A stretch of 64,000 bases of DNA from Chiloscyllium plagiosum (taxonomy: Eukaryota). The notes beneath the pieces were generated by a model, which saw nothing but the letters and a program-made list of their open reading frames with translations, was not told where the DNA came from and did no database searches. Of this stretch, positions 1-12,198 are shown piece after piece (the stretch's first letter is position 1; each line of letters begins with the position of its first letter). The stretch covers positions 17,444,037 to 17,508,036 of the forward strand of contig NC_057720.1 of the NCBI RefSeq assembly GCF_004010195.1. Direction: 5' to 3'. Both the position numbers and the translations under genes were made by a program.

Positions 1-799
1 CAAGTTTTGCACCTTCTCTAGTAGGTACATCCACATACTGAATCAGAAAATTGTCTTGTACACACTTAAGAAATTCCTCTCCATCTAAACCTTTAACACT
101 ATGGCAGTCCCAGTCGATGTTTGGAAAGTTAAAATCCCCTACTATAACTATCCTATTATATTTACAAATTTGTTTCTCAATTTCCTTCTGACTATTGGGG
201 GGTCTATAATACAATCCCAATAAGGTGATCATCCCTTTCTTATTTCTCAGTTCCACCCAAACCGAGAATATAGGACCCGTTTGCCCAATCTATCTTCATA
301 GGACAGTCCTGTCATCCTGGGAACAAGTCTGATGAACCTTCATTGCACTTTCTCTATGGCAATAATATCTTCCTCAAGATAAGGAGATCAAAATTGTACA
401 CACTACTCCCACTATGATCTAACCAAACTTTTATACAATGGAAGCAAGACTTCACTACTCTTGTACTCAAAATCCCTTGCAACAAAGGGTTCTAATCAAT
501 TAGTCTTCCCAATAGCTTGCTACACCTGCTTGTGAAACTACTAAGGTCTTTTGTTACATTTATACTTACCTATCTTTCACCACTTATGAAGTACTTTGCA
601 TGTCTGTTTCTTCTTGCAAAGTGAATGACCTCACATTTTCACATTATTTTCCATCTCCCACATTCTTGTTATTCACTACATCTGTCCAAATTCTCCTGAA
701 GCTGCTTTACATCTTCCTGTCACAAATGTGCTTGTTTAGTTTTGTATTTGCATATTTGGAAATATTACATTTGGTCTCCCAACTCCAAATTATTGATTT

Positions 800-817
800 T
801 GTGTGTGTGTGTGTGTG
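800..817. repeat. (GT)n microsatellite
   Basis: A run of about nine TG units. Confidence 0.9.
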
Positions 818-1202
818 AGAACACAACTGGGGCCTAATTGCTGATCCTTGAAGTACCCCACTAATCAGTCTGCCAATATGAGAATAACATATTATACATA
901 CTCCTGTTTTCAGTCTGTCAGCTGATCATTAATCATGTAAGTACATTATTTTATATCCCATATTCTTTAATTTTTCTAACCAGCCTCCTGTGGAGAAGTT
1001 TATCAAACACTTTCTGAAAATCTAAATATGCTATCCATCAATTCTGCTTTATTGTTTTTCCAGTAACATCTTCAAAAATACTCCAAACTTGTCCAGCAGG
1101 ATTTCTTATTTCGAAATACATGCTGACTATGTCCAATCAGATCATTATTATCCAAGTGTTTACTTATTGCATCCTTTGCAATAGAATCTAGTATTTTCCC
1201 TA

Positions 1203-1326
1203 CCTGAAGAAGGGCTTATGCCCGAAACGTCGATTCTCCTGTTCCTTGGATGCTGCCTGACCTGCGCTTTTCCAGCAACACGTTTTCAGCTCTGATCTCC
1301 AGCATCTGCAGCCCTCACTTTCTCCC
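1203..1326 (+). mobile_element. Short Penelope-derived element with minimal hammerhead core (monomer)
   Basis: cCTGAAGAaGGGCttatGCCCGAAACGTCgattc...cagcatctgcagccctcactttctcc. Flanked by tccctacct at 1197-1205 and 1323-1331. Confidence 0.75.
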
Positions 1327-1829
1327 TACCTCTGATGTAAGGCTAACAGGTTTGTAGTTCCTGGTTTTCTCTCTCGTTCTCTTCTTGAATAGTGAGTGAC
1401 ATTTGCTGCCTTTCAACCCACAAGAGTCATTCCAGAATCTATTAATTTTGGAAAGTAACCTCAATTGCACCATATTTCTCTCCAGCTATCTCCTTCAGCA
1501 CTCATCTAGATGAGAATAAGGTACTGGGGATTTATCAACTTTCAACCCCATTAATTTCTCCAGTACAATTTTCTTACTAATTTCCTGCTACTACTCATTC
1601 TCCACAGTCACATGGAATTATTTTTGAAGTTCTGAGAGATTTCTTGAGTCTTCCTCAGTGAAACAGTAATATTTAACTTCTCTGCCATTTCTCTATTCCG
1701 CATTATAAATTCCCCTGACATCGCCTGTAATACTATCTTTCATTTTAGCTAAGCATTTCCTTTCTGCATGCCCGTAGAAGCTTTTATAGTCAGCTTATGT
1801 ATTTTACTTGACTGCACTTTTTAAAAACA

Positions 1830-3050
1830 TTATTCATGAAAATGGGCATTGCTGACAGGATCAATGTTTATTGCCCATCCCTTATTGCCCTTGAATTGGC
1901 TAGGCCATTTGAGAGGGTAGTTAAGAATCAACTGCACTGCTGTGTGTCGGAGTAGTGTGTAGGTCAGGCCAAGTAAGGATGACAGATTTCCTTCTCTAAA
2001 GGATACTGGGTATTTACAATGGACAGTGGTTACATGGTCAACAATAAAGAAACTTTTTAAATTCCAGATTTTTTTTTTAAATTTCACAGGACTCTAACCC
2101 CAGTGTGTTAGGAACTGTGGAATACTCATCAAGTGACATTACTATTATGCTACAACCTTCGAATTTCATAATGCATTGACAAGCAATTCAGGATTGTCAC
2201 CTCTGGTGGCTGTCTGTGTGGAGTTTGCAGTGCTCATTGATTGCATTCTACAATTCACTAATTTTTAAAAATTATTTATTCACTCATGGGATGTGGGTAT
2301 CTCTAGCTAGGGCAGCATTTATTGCCCATCCCTAATTGCCGAGAGGGCAGTTAAGAGTCCACCACAATGCTGTGGGTCTGGAGTCACATGTAGGCCAAAC
2401 CAGGCAAGGATGGCAGTTCCCTTTTTCTAAAGGACGTTAGTGAACCAGATAAGTTTTTCCAACAAGCAATGAATTTATGGTCATCATTAGACTCTTAATT
2501 CTAGATTCTTTATTGAATTCAAATTCCGCTATCTGCCATGGTGGGATTTGAATGCAAGTCCCCAGAAAATTAGCTGAGTTTCTGAATTAATAGTATAGCA
2601 ATAATACCACTAGGCCATTGCCTCCCTGACATCTTCACTTGCTAATAAGATGGTTTGTTTCAGCACAAATATCAACACTGTAAAACCAGACAGAACAGAA
2701 GACTATGCTGAGCTGCAAGATGCATGTAGTTTGTCCAGTTTTCTAGTTGGCTTTATTTTAATTTATTCACAGGATGAGGGCATCCATGGCTAGGCCAACA
2801 TGTATTGCCCTGAGGGTAGTTAAGAGTCAACCACGTTGCTGTGGTTTTGGAGTCAAATGTAGGCCAGACTGGGTAAGGACAACAGTTTCCTTCTCTAAAG
2901 GACCTTGATGAACCAGGTACGTTTTCCCAACAATTGACAATAGATTCATGGTCATCATTAGACACTTAATTCCAGATTTTTATTCAATTCAAGTTCTGCT
3001 ATCTGCGTCTTTGGATTAACGGTCCACTGATACCACTGGACTATTGCTGT
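1830..3050 (-). mobile_element. Three tandem copies of a tRNA-derived SINE (about 1830-2160, 2270-2630, 2755-3050)
   Basis: Shared blocks attgcccatccctaattgccc...gagtcacatgtaggcc...tctaaagga...atggtcatcattaga. Same family at 25935-26270 (+) and 48590-48850 (-). Confidence 0.75.
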
Positions 3051-3149
3051 CTCATTGCTCCTTGATATTTGAAGCTGCAGAACCATAAGGTAAATGTCAA
3101 GCCTACTATAATCCAAATAAGAATGTCATTATTCATAAAAATATTACAA

Positions 3150-4730
3150 CAGAGATGGTACTGGATATCTTCAAATACATAAAAGTGGATAAATTCCAAG
3201 GACCTGATAAGGTGTACCCTAGAACTCTGGGAAGTCAGAGAAGCGATTGCTGGGCCCCTTGCAGAGCTATTTGCATCATGGATGGTCACAGGTGAGGTAC
3301 CGCAAGACTGGAGGTTGGCTAACGTGGTGCCACTATTTAAGAAAAGTGGTAAGGAAAAGCCAGGGAATTATAGATGGGTGAGCCTGTCACTGTTGGTGGG
3401 CAAGTTGTTGGCGGGAATCCTGAGGGGCAGGATTTACATGCATTTAGAAAGGCAAGGACTGATGAGGGATAGTCAGCATGGCTTTGTGTGTGGGAAGTCC
3501 TGTCTCTCAAACTTAATTGAGTTTTTTGAAGAAGGAACAGAGAACATAGAACAAAGAGGACTGATGAAGGCAGAGCAGTGAACGCGATTTATATGGGCTT
3601 CATTAAGGCATTTGACAAGGTTCCTCATGGGAGACTGTTTAGCAAGGTTAGATCTCCTGGAATACAGGGAGAACTTGCCATTTGGATACAGAATTGGCTC
3701 AAAAGTAGAAGACAGTGTGGTAGTGGAGGATTGCTTTTCAGACTGGAGGCCTTGACCAGTGGAGTGCCACAAGGATCGGTGCTGGGTCCACTACTTTTCA
3801 TCATTTATATAAATGATTTGGATGTGAACCTAAGAGGTACAGTTAGTAAGTTTGCAGATGACACCAAAATTGGAAGTACAGTGCACAGCGAAGAAGATTA
3901 CCTCAGTACAACGGGATAGTGATCAGCTGGGCAAATGGACTGAGGAGTGGCATGGAGTTTCGTTTAGATAAATGTGAGGTGCTGCATTTTGGGAAAGCAA
4001 ATCTTAGCAAGTCTTATACACTTATTGGCAAGGTGCTGGGGAGTTTTGCTGGACAGAGACCTGGAGTGCAGGTTCATAGTTCCTTGAAAGTAGAGTTGCA
4101 GGTAGATAGGATAGTGAAGAAGGCTTTTGGTTTGGTTTGCTTTATTGATCAGAACGTCGAATATAGGAGTTGCGAGGTCATGTTGCAGCTGTACAGGACA
4201 TTGGTTAGGCCACTTTTGGAGTACTGCATACAATTCTGGTCTCCTTCCTATCAGAAAGATGTTATGAAACTTGTAAGGGTTCAGAAAAGATTTACAAGGA
4301 TGTTGCAAGGGTTGGAGGATTTGAGCTATAGGGAGAGGCTGAACAGGCTGGGGCTGTTTTCCTAAAGCATTGGAGGCTGAGGGGTGACCTTTGTAGAGGT
4401 TTATAATATCATGAGGGACATGGATAGGATAAATAGACAGTCTTTTTCCTGGGGTGGGGGGAGTCCAGAACTAGAGAGCATTGGTTTAGGGTGAGAGGGT
4501 GAAAGATATTAAAAGGGACCTGAGGGCAACATTTTCAGGCAGAAGATGGCGCAAATATGGAATGAGCTGCCAGAGGAAGTGATGGAAGGCATCTGGATGG
4601 GTATATGAATAGGAACGGTTTAGAGGGATATGGGCCAAATGCTGGCAAATGGGACTATATTAGATTAGGATATCTGGTCGGCATGGATGAGTTGGACCAA
4701 AGGGATTGTTTCTGTGTATAACTTTGACAT
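3150..4730 (+). mobile_element. 5'-truncated CR1 LINE (RT region, frameshifted)
   Basis: ORF pieces [43 protein letters not shown] and RPLLEYCIQFWSP. Confidence 0.92.
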
Positions 4731-5261
4731 AGGAGTCTTCAGTCCACCAAGTCTTCACCATTTCAATGGGATTTTAAAGATCCAATGATCTCCATCTCCA
4801 CTTTGCTATCTTTTCCCCATTACCCTTGAATCCTTTACTGATTTAAAAAATGTCTGTTGCAAATTATGTGGAGTTTAGAAAATATCTTTGAGGGCTTGAT
4901 CAAAGACTATGGTTTTAGGGAGTGTGTTAAGAAGATCTGAGGGTGGTAGAGGGCTAGCATGGAAGAGGGAAGAAATTTCCGCATTTGGCTTGAGTATTGG
5001 AAGGCACAGTTAGGCAAAAAGCAGGAGTAAGAATTCACAATTGATTAGAATTGGAGTAGAAAATTTGGAGAGGTGATTAGTAGTGCTGATAGATATTGGC
5101 GATGAGAAGGCATAGCTATTGAGGTGTTGAAATAATTTAAAATTTGTGCTCATGAGGAAATAGCAAATAATGTGGGTCAGCAGACATAGGATGTCATTGT
5201 CAGATTGCCTCAAAGTGTATTCGATGCTTAGCTGTAAAGTAGCTGAAGGGCAAACAAGATT

Positions 5262-6518
5262 TTGGAATTTTTTGAAGAGGTAACAAGTAGGTTAGACCAG
5301 GGAAACCCAGTGGATGTGGTCTATCTAGACTTTCAAAAGGCCTTTGATAAGGTGCCACACGGGAGGCTGCTGAGCAAGGTGAGGGCCCATGGTGTTCGAG
5401 GTGAGCTGCTGGGATGGATTGAGGATTGGCTGTCTAACAGAAGGCAGAGAGTTGGAATAAAAGATTCTTTTTCAGAATGGCAGCTGGTGACGAGCGGTGT
5501 CCCGCAGGGTTTGGTGCTGGTGCCACAGCTGTTCGCATTATATATTAATGATTTGGATGAGGGAACCGGGGGCATTCTAGCGAAGTTTGCCGATGATACG
5601 AAGTTAGGTGGACAGGCAGGTAGTACTGAGGAAGTGGGGAGGCTACAGAAGGATCTAGACAGGTTGGGAGAGTGGTCCAGGAAATGGCTGATGGAATTTA
5701 ACGTGAGCAAGTGCGAGGTCTTGCACTTTGGCAAAAAGAATAAAAGCATAGACTACTTTCTAAATGGTGAGAAAATTAATAAAGCCAAAGCACAAAGGAA
5801 TCTGGGAGTGCTTGTCGAGGATTCTCTAAAGGTAAACATGCAGGTTGAGTCCGTGATGAAGAACGCGAATGCAATGTTGTCTCTTATCTCAAGAGAGTTG
5901 GAATATAAAAGCAGAGATGTACTACTAAGACTTTATAAAGCTCTGGTTAGGCCCCATTTAGAATATTGTGTCCAGTTTTGGGTCTCACACCTCAGGAAGG
6001 ACATACTGGCACTGGAGCATGTCCAGTGGAGATTCAAACGGATGACCCCTGAAATGCTAGGCCTAACATATGATGAACTGATGAGGATCCTGAGATTGTA
6101 TTCATTAGAGTTTAGAACATTGAGGGGACATCCAATACAAACTTACAATAGAATGCATGGCTTGAAAAGGGTGGATGCTGGGTTTTTGTTTCTGTTAGGT
6201 GGGGATTCTAGAATCCTTGGGCACAGCTTTAGAATTAGAGGGGGTCATTTCAGAACAGACATGCGGAGACATTTCTTCAGCCAGAGAGTGGTGGGCCTGT
6301 GGAATTCATTGCCACGGAGTGCAGTGGAAGCCGGGACGCTAAATGTCTTCAAGGCCGAGATTGATAGATTCTTGTTGTCTCGAGGAATTAAGGGCTACGG
6401 GGAGAACGCTGGTAAGTGGAGCTGAAATGCGCATCAGCCATGATTGAATGGCGGAGTGGACTCGATGGGCCGAATGGCCTTACTTCCACTCCTATGTCTT
6501 ATGGTCTTATGGTCTTAA
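5262..6518 (+). mobile_element. 5'-truncated CR1 LINE with an open 387-aa RT C-terminal frame
   Basis: [29 protein letters not shown]; tandem tail tcttatgg repeats. Confidence 0.95.
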
Positions 6519-7621
6519 GATAGTCAAAACTATCACTGTTGATTATACCTGGCCTTTGGCATCACTGATAGTATAAAATGTATATTACTGCTGATCCGAG
6601 ATCTTATGAAGTGATGGATCTAGAATTGATTTCATAGGAATAGCCATTTTTAACCTATCTTAATGTTTGTCAAAGATTAAGCTAGAATTTATTGTGGTTA
6701 ATGTGGTTATGTGGCTTCATCTTGAACTACTACAGTCTGTACTTTCACATTACTACACAACAAGGAGGACCAGCAACTCTGAAGGAATGGTGACCTGTCC
6801 AGATCAGGAGGGGAACCTGAAGGTCTTTGTGTTCCGAAGTACCTGCTGCTCTTACAGTCCAAAGTTAGTTTTTTTAGATTTGATACCAAATAAAACTGAG
6901 ATTCTGAAGCTCATTCTACAGATAGTATCCTTAGTGGAAAGACATGAGAAGCTAAACAAGTTTGCTTTCTTCTGGATCAAATTAAGATCTGTAAACACTA
7001 TTTGTAACATTTATTAGGTAACATCTGTTAGGTGGTGAATCTTTGGAATTCCTTAACCCATAGGATAGTGCAGAAAGATTACATTGAGGTAAAAATTCAG
7101 CCATAAAAAGGTTGAAGACTTGAAGCATTTTTGAGGGGCTGAATGTATTTCACCACGCTTCTGTATAATAACATTCCAGATCTTGACCACCATCTGTGGG
7201 AAGAAATTTCTTCCAAGTTTCCATCTTTTGTGTTTTTGCGAATTATGATATTTAAATCTGATACTGATTGCTGATCTACGCAACTATGAAATAGAACAAA
7301 AAAGGAGAAACTATTAAGAGTGCTCTTTTATTTTGAATACTGTATTAGTTTATTCCTTAATCTGTTTTGCTCTGAGGTTAATCCTCACTTCTCCAATATC
7401 TGTAAATAACTTTACTCCCTCATTCACTGGTATTACTGTGATAAGGTACTGCTTTATCATCTACATATCTTTTATACCTTCTGAAAATGTAGTGCACAGA
7501 ATTCTACATATTATTTCAGCTGACTAATGTTTTGTGTTTCTTTGTTTTTGTATTCAAGAACCCTATTTATCAAGTCAAGTATCCCAAATGCTTGCTTAAC
7601 TACTTTCTGCTTGTGTTGCAG

Positions 7622-7793
7622 AGAAAAAGAGAAGGAAATTATCCCAGAAGAGAGTCAAACAATTCAAGCCGAGGTCAGTGAGAAATTGACTGAGCAGAAA
7701 ATGCAGGAGGAGAATGAAACACAACAAGAATCATTGGATAAAGAAAGAGAATTGGCCAGGAAAAGGGCACAAGAACGTAGAAGAAGAGAAGCA
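7622..7793 (+). CDS. BRDT: BET bromodomain protein (probably BRDT), penultimate coding exon
   Basis: Acceptor ttgcAG ends at 7621 and donor GTaagt starts at 7794. Encodes EKEKEII...DKERELARKRAQERRRREA, the first half of the BRD4/BRDT C-terminal motif, and joins in phase 0 to the exon at 18014. Adjacency to EPHX4 favours BRDT over BRD4. Confidence 0.88.
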
Positions 7794-9469
7794 GTAAGTA
7801 GCCAAAGAGAAATATTTTCAAGACTGTTCTGCAATTTATTTCACAAATGACTAAATAGTTGATGTGACTTGTACTCTGCTCGGATGGTAGTTTTCAGGTA
7901 GTTTTTAAATCTCTAAGGAGCTGCTTCCACCACTTGTAAAAGTTGCAGAAGCACATTTCTTATTCACTGTAAGGACACAATATACAATTAATTTGTCTCC
8001 GCTGTTTCAGTCCACAGTTCAAAAGCTGCTGCTTTCAAATCATTAAGAAATTGCTCCATTTTGGTGGTACTATAATACAATGTAATGACTAGGAATCCAG
8101 GGTGATTTTTAAGAAACCACTTGCCTTAAGTCAATTAAGTTTTGACTTGGTGCATGTTATTTAATGCCATGGTACTGTGGTTGTAGAAAAATAAGTGAGT
8201 TTATCCGTAAATTTGTTTAAAAACAATCTTTTATCAACTATCTACACAAGGTGCATGACTGAATAGGATTTGCTTGTTGAAAAGCTATCGCTTCACTTGC
8301 AGACTTGGAATTTTCAATGGCATTTGTTTAGGAAAAACTGAGATATATCGACTTTATAGTGGAAAACTGGACTCTGTACTGAGGCAGCTGCTATGCAACA
8401 GTGATGAGAAGGATCAACCACTCACTTCTACATTATTGGGAAGTGTTGTTTCCTCATACAGTGCTCCAGGTACAGGAAAGATGTCAGAGAAGAGTGTGAC
8501 ATTTGACAGTTGTTGGAACTGAGATATAGTATAGCTGTATCAGTGTAGCCAGCAAAGAGCTGATGCTGGTGAGGAGGTGACAGACTACATGAGGGTTGTC
8601 AGTCTGTGCTGTGGTGAAAAAGCGTGGCTAAATCTAATACGATCTCCACAAAATCAACATTCATGGCATCTTTCTCCTTGCATAGACCTGCATCTACTCT
8701 TAGGTGACAGAAACTATGTCGCATCCTGCAACTTCATGCCCAGAGTATCCATGATCTGCATGTAGCCTGACCTGAAAATAGATTAGAAGATCCAGAAAAT
8801 ACATTTATGTCCTCTGGATGGAGTGTTCTCAAAATTTGCTGCTGAATAGAGGGGTTCAGGGCAACATTAGCTTCTCCGGAATACTAATACTAAAGAACAC
8901 TGTTAATTAAAAACAATGTTCAGAATGATCCTCGCTATGGCAAGGTGTAGCATGAAAACTGCCCCTTAACCATTGAAATATATCCTGGAACTATCTTGGA
9001 TGTTCAAAGTTGAAGGAGGTAAGGCTCGAGTTGCGCTTCAGTATCAGAAAGGACAAACAAACCAGTCATTATAACTAATTTAAAGCTAGTCCTCCTCCTG
9101 TTAACAAAAACATCTGAGTACCAGGAATGATCTTGCTTCTGTAATTGTTCAATCTAATTTAATCATTTTCTATACAAAACCAAAAACACTTCATTCTTAG
9201 TCACTGAGTTTTGGCATGCTCATGACCTTTTGAGTGTGTGCTCAGTCAGAAACTGAGCTGCAGTTACTGCTGAATTTTTCTCCAAAGTATGTGCAAAATT
9301 TAGCCTTTCGCTAATCGCAGTAAAGTAAAGTCCTCTTCCAACCTTCTCCCACAGCGCAACATTTCTCCCTGTTGATTTAAGGTCAGTGGTGAAATCGTGA
9401 AAACTATGTACTGTTTTAAAAATGCAGGGAGCCTGTCTTGGCAAAGTCAGATATAATGGTAGCATGCAA

Positions 9470-10460
9470 CTTTGCCTTCACCTGAATGAAGAGAATGTTG
9501 TGAGCTGGGATCACAAACTGAAAAATTAAAGCCATTGTTAACTGGACAACAGTGATCCACAGGCTCCTGCACACACCTGAAGTCTTGGACTTCTACGAAG
9601 GGGATTGCCAGCAGCAGTGCCTCTTGCAAGATAATAAAGTCCTGTGGTAGTAAAGGCATTCAAATCGCAGCATCCTACGCCAAGCTAACATTCCCAGCTT
9701 TGAGGCACAAATCACTCAACCAGGAGCATGACACGCCATTTGTGTTCCTGATGCCAAATGTTTGAAGTGGCTGTTTTACTCTGACCTTGTTGGAAGAGAG
9801 GAGGACAGCAGAAGCACTTGAGGTGTTCTTAAATAGTCTCTGAAGAAACCAAAATGTCAGCCAACTCATGGGAAGCCCTGGCTTATGATTAGCCAACATT
9901 GAGAATTTAGAAGGCACTAAACATGGAATTCATCAGACGCATGCAGGGATGAAGTTGAGGCATCTGAGAGATTAGAATAGATTCCCTACAGTGTGGAAAC
10001 AGGCCCTTCGGCCCAACAAGTCCACACTGACCCGCCGAAGAGTAACCCACCCAGACCCAGACTAATGCACCTAACACTGTGGGCAATTTAACATTGCCAA
10101 TTTACCTGACCTGCACATCTTTGGACTGTGGGAGGAAACCGGAGCACCCAGACAAAACCCACGCAGACACTGGGAGAATGTGCAACCTCCCCACAGACAG
10201 TTGCCCAAGGCTGGAATCGAACATGCAACCCTAGTGCTGTGAGGCAGCAGTGCTAATCACTGAGCCACCGTGCCACCCTACGATTGTGCAAACTTCCAAG
10301 CATCACCTCTGCCTGATCCCCCAAACACTGCCTCCCAGTACAAGGATCGCCAGAAACTGCAGAGTCTGCAGATTATATGTTAAACTTAACAGCCATCTAA
10401 AATTCCATCAACTCAGACTGTAAGTGAGTCATCTTCAATCCTAAGTGTCTAAGAAGGCGG
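9470..10460 (+). mobile_element. RTE-clade LINE 3' relic interrupted by a SINE
   Basis: Broken translation resembles the RTE ORF C-terminus (SILRQANIPSFEAQIT...RGGQQKH...VLK.SLKK). Resumes after about 10280. Confidence 0.5.
9970..10278 (-). mobile_element. HE1-type V-SINE
   Basis: The reverse complement has a tRNA-like head with A/B boxes, the V core (gggtgctccggtttcctcccacagtccaaagatgtgcagg) and a CR1-like tail. Confidence 0.85.
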
Positions 10461-10947
10461 CTATTACCTTAAGATTATCCTTTAGCATTTAAAAATCGTA
10501 GAGCAACCTATTTAGTATATAATTTTTTAGAATATAAAGCAAATATATTTTACAGTTATGAAGATTAATTTTATTATTTGAGAACTTGGGTTCTAAAGAG
10601 AAGGAAAACAGATTCTAGTTTTTCAATTGTGAATATCTGGCTTTTTAAAGTTAAATGTAGTTTTGAAATGACTAAAGTTTACAAGAAGTCTTGTCACTTC
10701 GGCTGAGGCAGATGATTGCTAAGGTTTCTGCTCACTTGAGTTGTATGACCGCTCGGATTGGGGAAATCAGCATTCTGCAAGCAGTCAGGGCGAGAGAGAA
10801 GTCCTGAAGTGCATAGAATTCAAGGAGAAGGAAATTCTAGAAGTGAAAGGCTACAGAAGTATCAGAAGACATCTTGAAGAGGTGAATTTAGGGAATCCAT
10901 GTTAAGTAATAGACATGTGAGTAGCAGTTTGTTTTAAAGGTCTCTAG

Positions 10948-11089
10948 CAATGTTCCCTTTTAATGTTTCTTCCTGTTATGCAGACCTGAGAGGTCCATGT
11001 ACATTAGCGGCTTCTGGAAATGGAAGCAATGTTCATCAGCATGAACTTCTCAACATCTGTGTAAGTGTGCAGCTTAGAGGAAGCATTAG
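10948..11089. mobile_element. Small MITE-like element with degenerate TIRs (possibly hAT-type)
   Basis: caatgttcccttttaa ... ttagaggaagcatta form an imperfect inverted pair. Confidence 0.35.
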
Positions 11090-12198
11090 TGTTTGGAGCA
11101 GACATTAGCCAATGAAAGAAGCATCAAGTAACTGCACTGAAATTTGTTGCATGAAAGCCAATTACATCCGTGCCAGATGCACAAGACGCTTCAGTGTGGC
11201 GATGAGGATGATTGCATTAAAGTTTTTTTAGTATGTGGGAGTGTGTTGATGGAATAAAGTGGGTGAATCTTTTTAATGTTTGTAATGAGATCCCTCAAAT
11301 GTTTCTATCTAATATTGTGATAGTGTAGACTTCAGAACTTTTAATAATGAGTTAGCAAAGACAAGCTGGCACACATGGAAAGAAGCAGCAAAACTGTCTG
11401 GAATAAACTGCTACAGGACGAGCCGAAACTTCTACAGGAATTGAAACCAATTAGTTACATCTGTGAAAAGAGGGAATTGTAGGTTCTCTAGTGACACATG
11501 GTAGTATCCTTGCCCTGGACTTAGGAGACCCAGGTTCAAATCCCACCTGCTCCAGAGGAGTGTAATAATATCTCTGAAGAGGTTGATTAGAAAACTAGGT
11601 TAATTTTTTTAAAAGGGAGTTAAAACTGCATGAACAAAATTGCTTTGACACTTGCATAAAGCATCTAGCTTCTCAAGCCACAAGCCAATGATGGCCTGCA
11701 GAAGAATTTAAGGAGTTAACTGCAGGAAAGCAGGTCTTCAAACAGGCAGCCAATGCAGAATGTAACCAGGAACACGGGAGCTATTTCTGATGAGGCAAGC
11801 TACAGACTTTCAGTAATTTAGATGAAAGGACTTAAAAATAAAAATTATCAGTAATATCTGTCACAGTCCTCTGAAGGACTGTATAAGAATTGAACATGCT
11901 CTCTGGAGTTCTGTTGGAGAGTAACTTAGCAAAAGGATCAAACTCTGGACACGTCTAGAAACAGACACTGTCACTTGAAATCGTTGCTAAGTTCCACCAT
12001 TAATCAGGTAATAGCCAAGTTGAGTTGAGGTTTAACTCGCTTACTTGAGGTCTTATTTTGGTTGCTACGTTCAATAAAATTTAAATCATTTCTTTCAGTA
12101 CTTGATTGTCTGTGAGATTTCTTAATTAGTAGCTGAATGAAAGGTGATTTGCCCACAAGAATATGGTTTGTAATATAATTTTTATTTTTGTCTTCTAA

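Larger units (their letters stand above)
1..1820 (-). mobile_element. Degenerate CR1 LINE fragments
   Basis: The reverse complement resembles endonuclease and RT segments of the other CR1 copies in the window. Interrupted at 1204-1323. Confidence 0.6.

Noticed and set aside
5262..6425. 387-aa ORF as a host gene
   Set aside because: 5'-truncated CR1 reverse transcriptase fragment with no true start and a CR1 tail.
8340..8800. Possible decayed DNA transposon coding relic
   Set aside because: No convincing motif series could be read.
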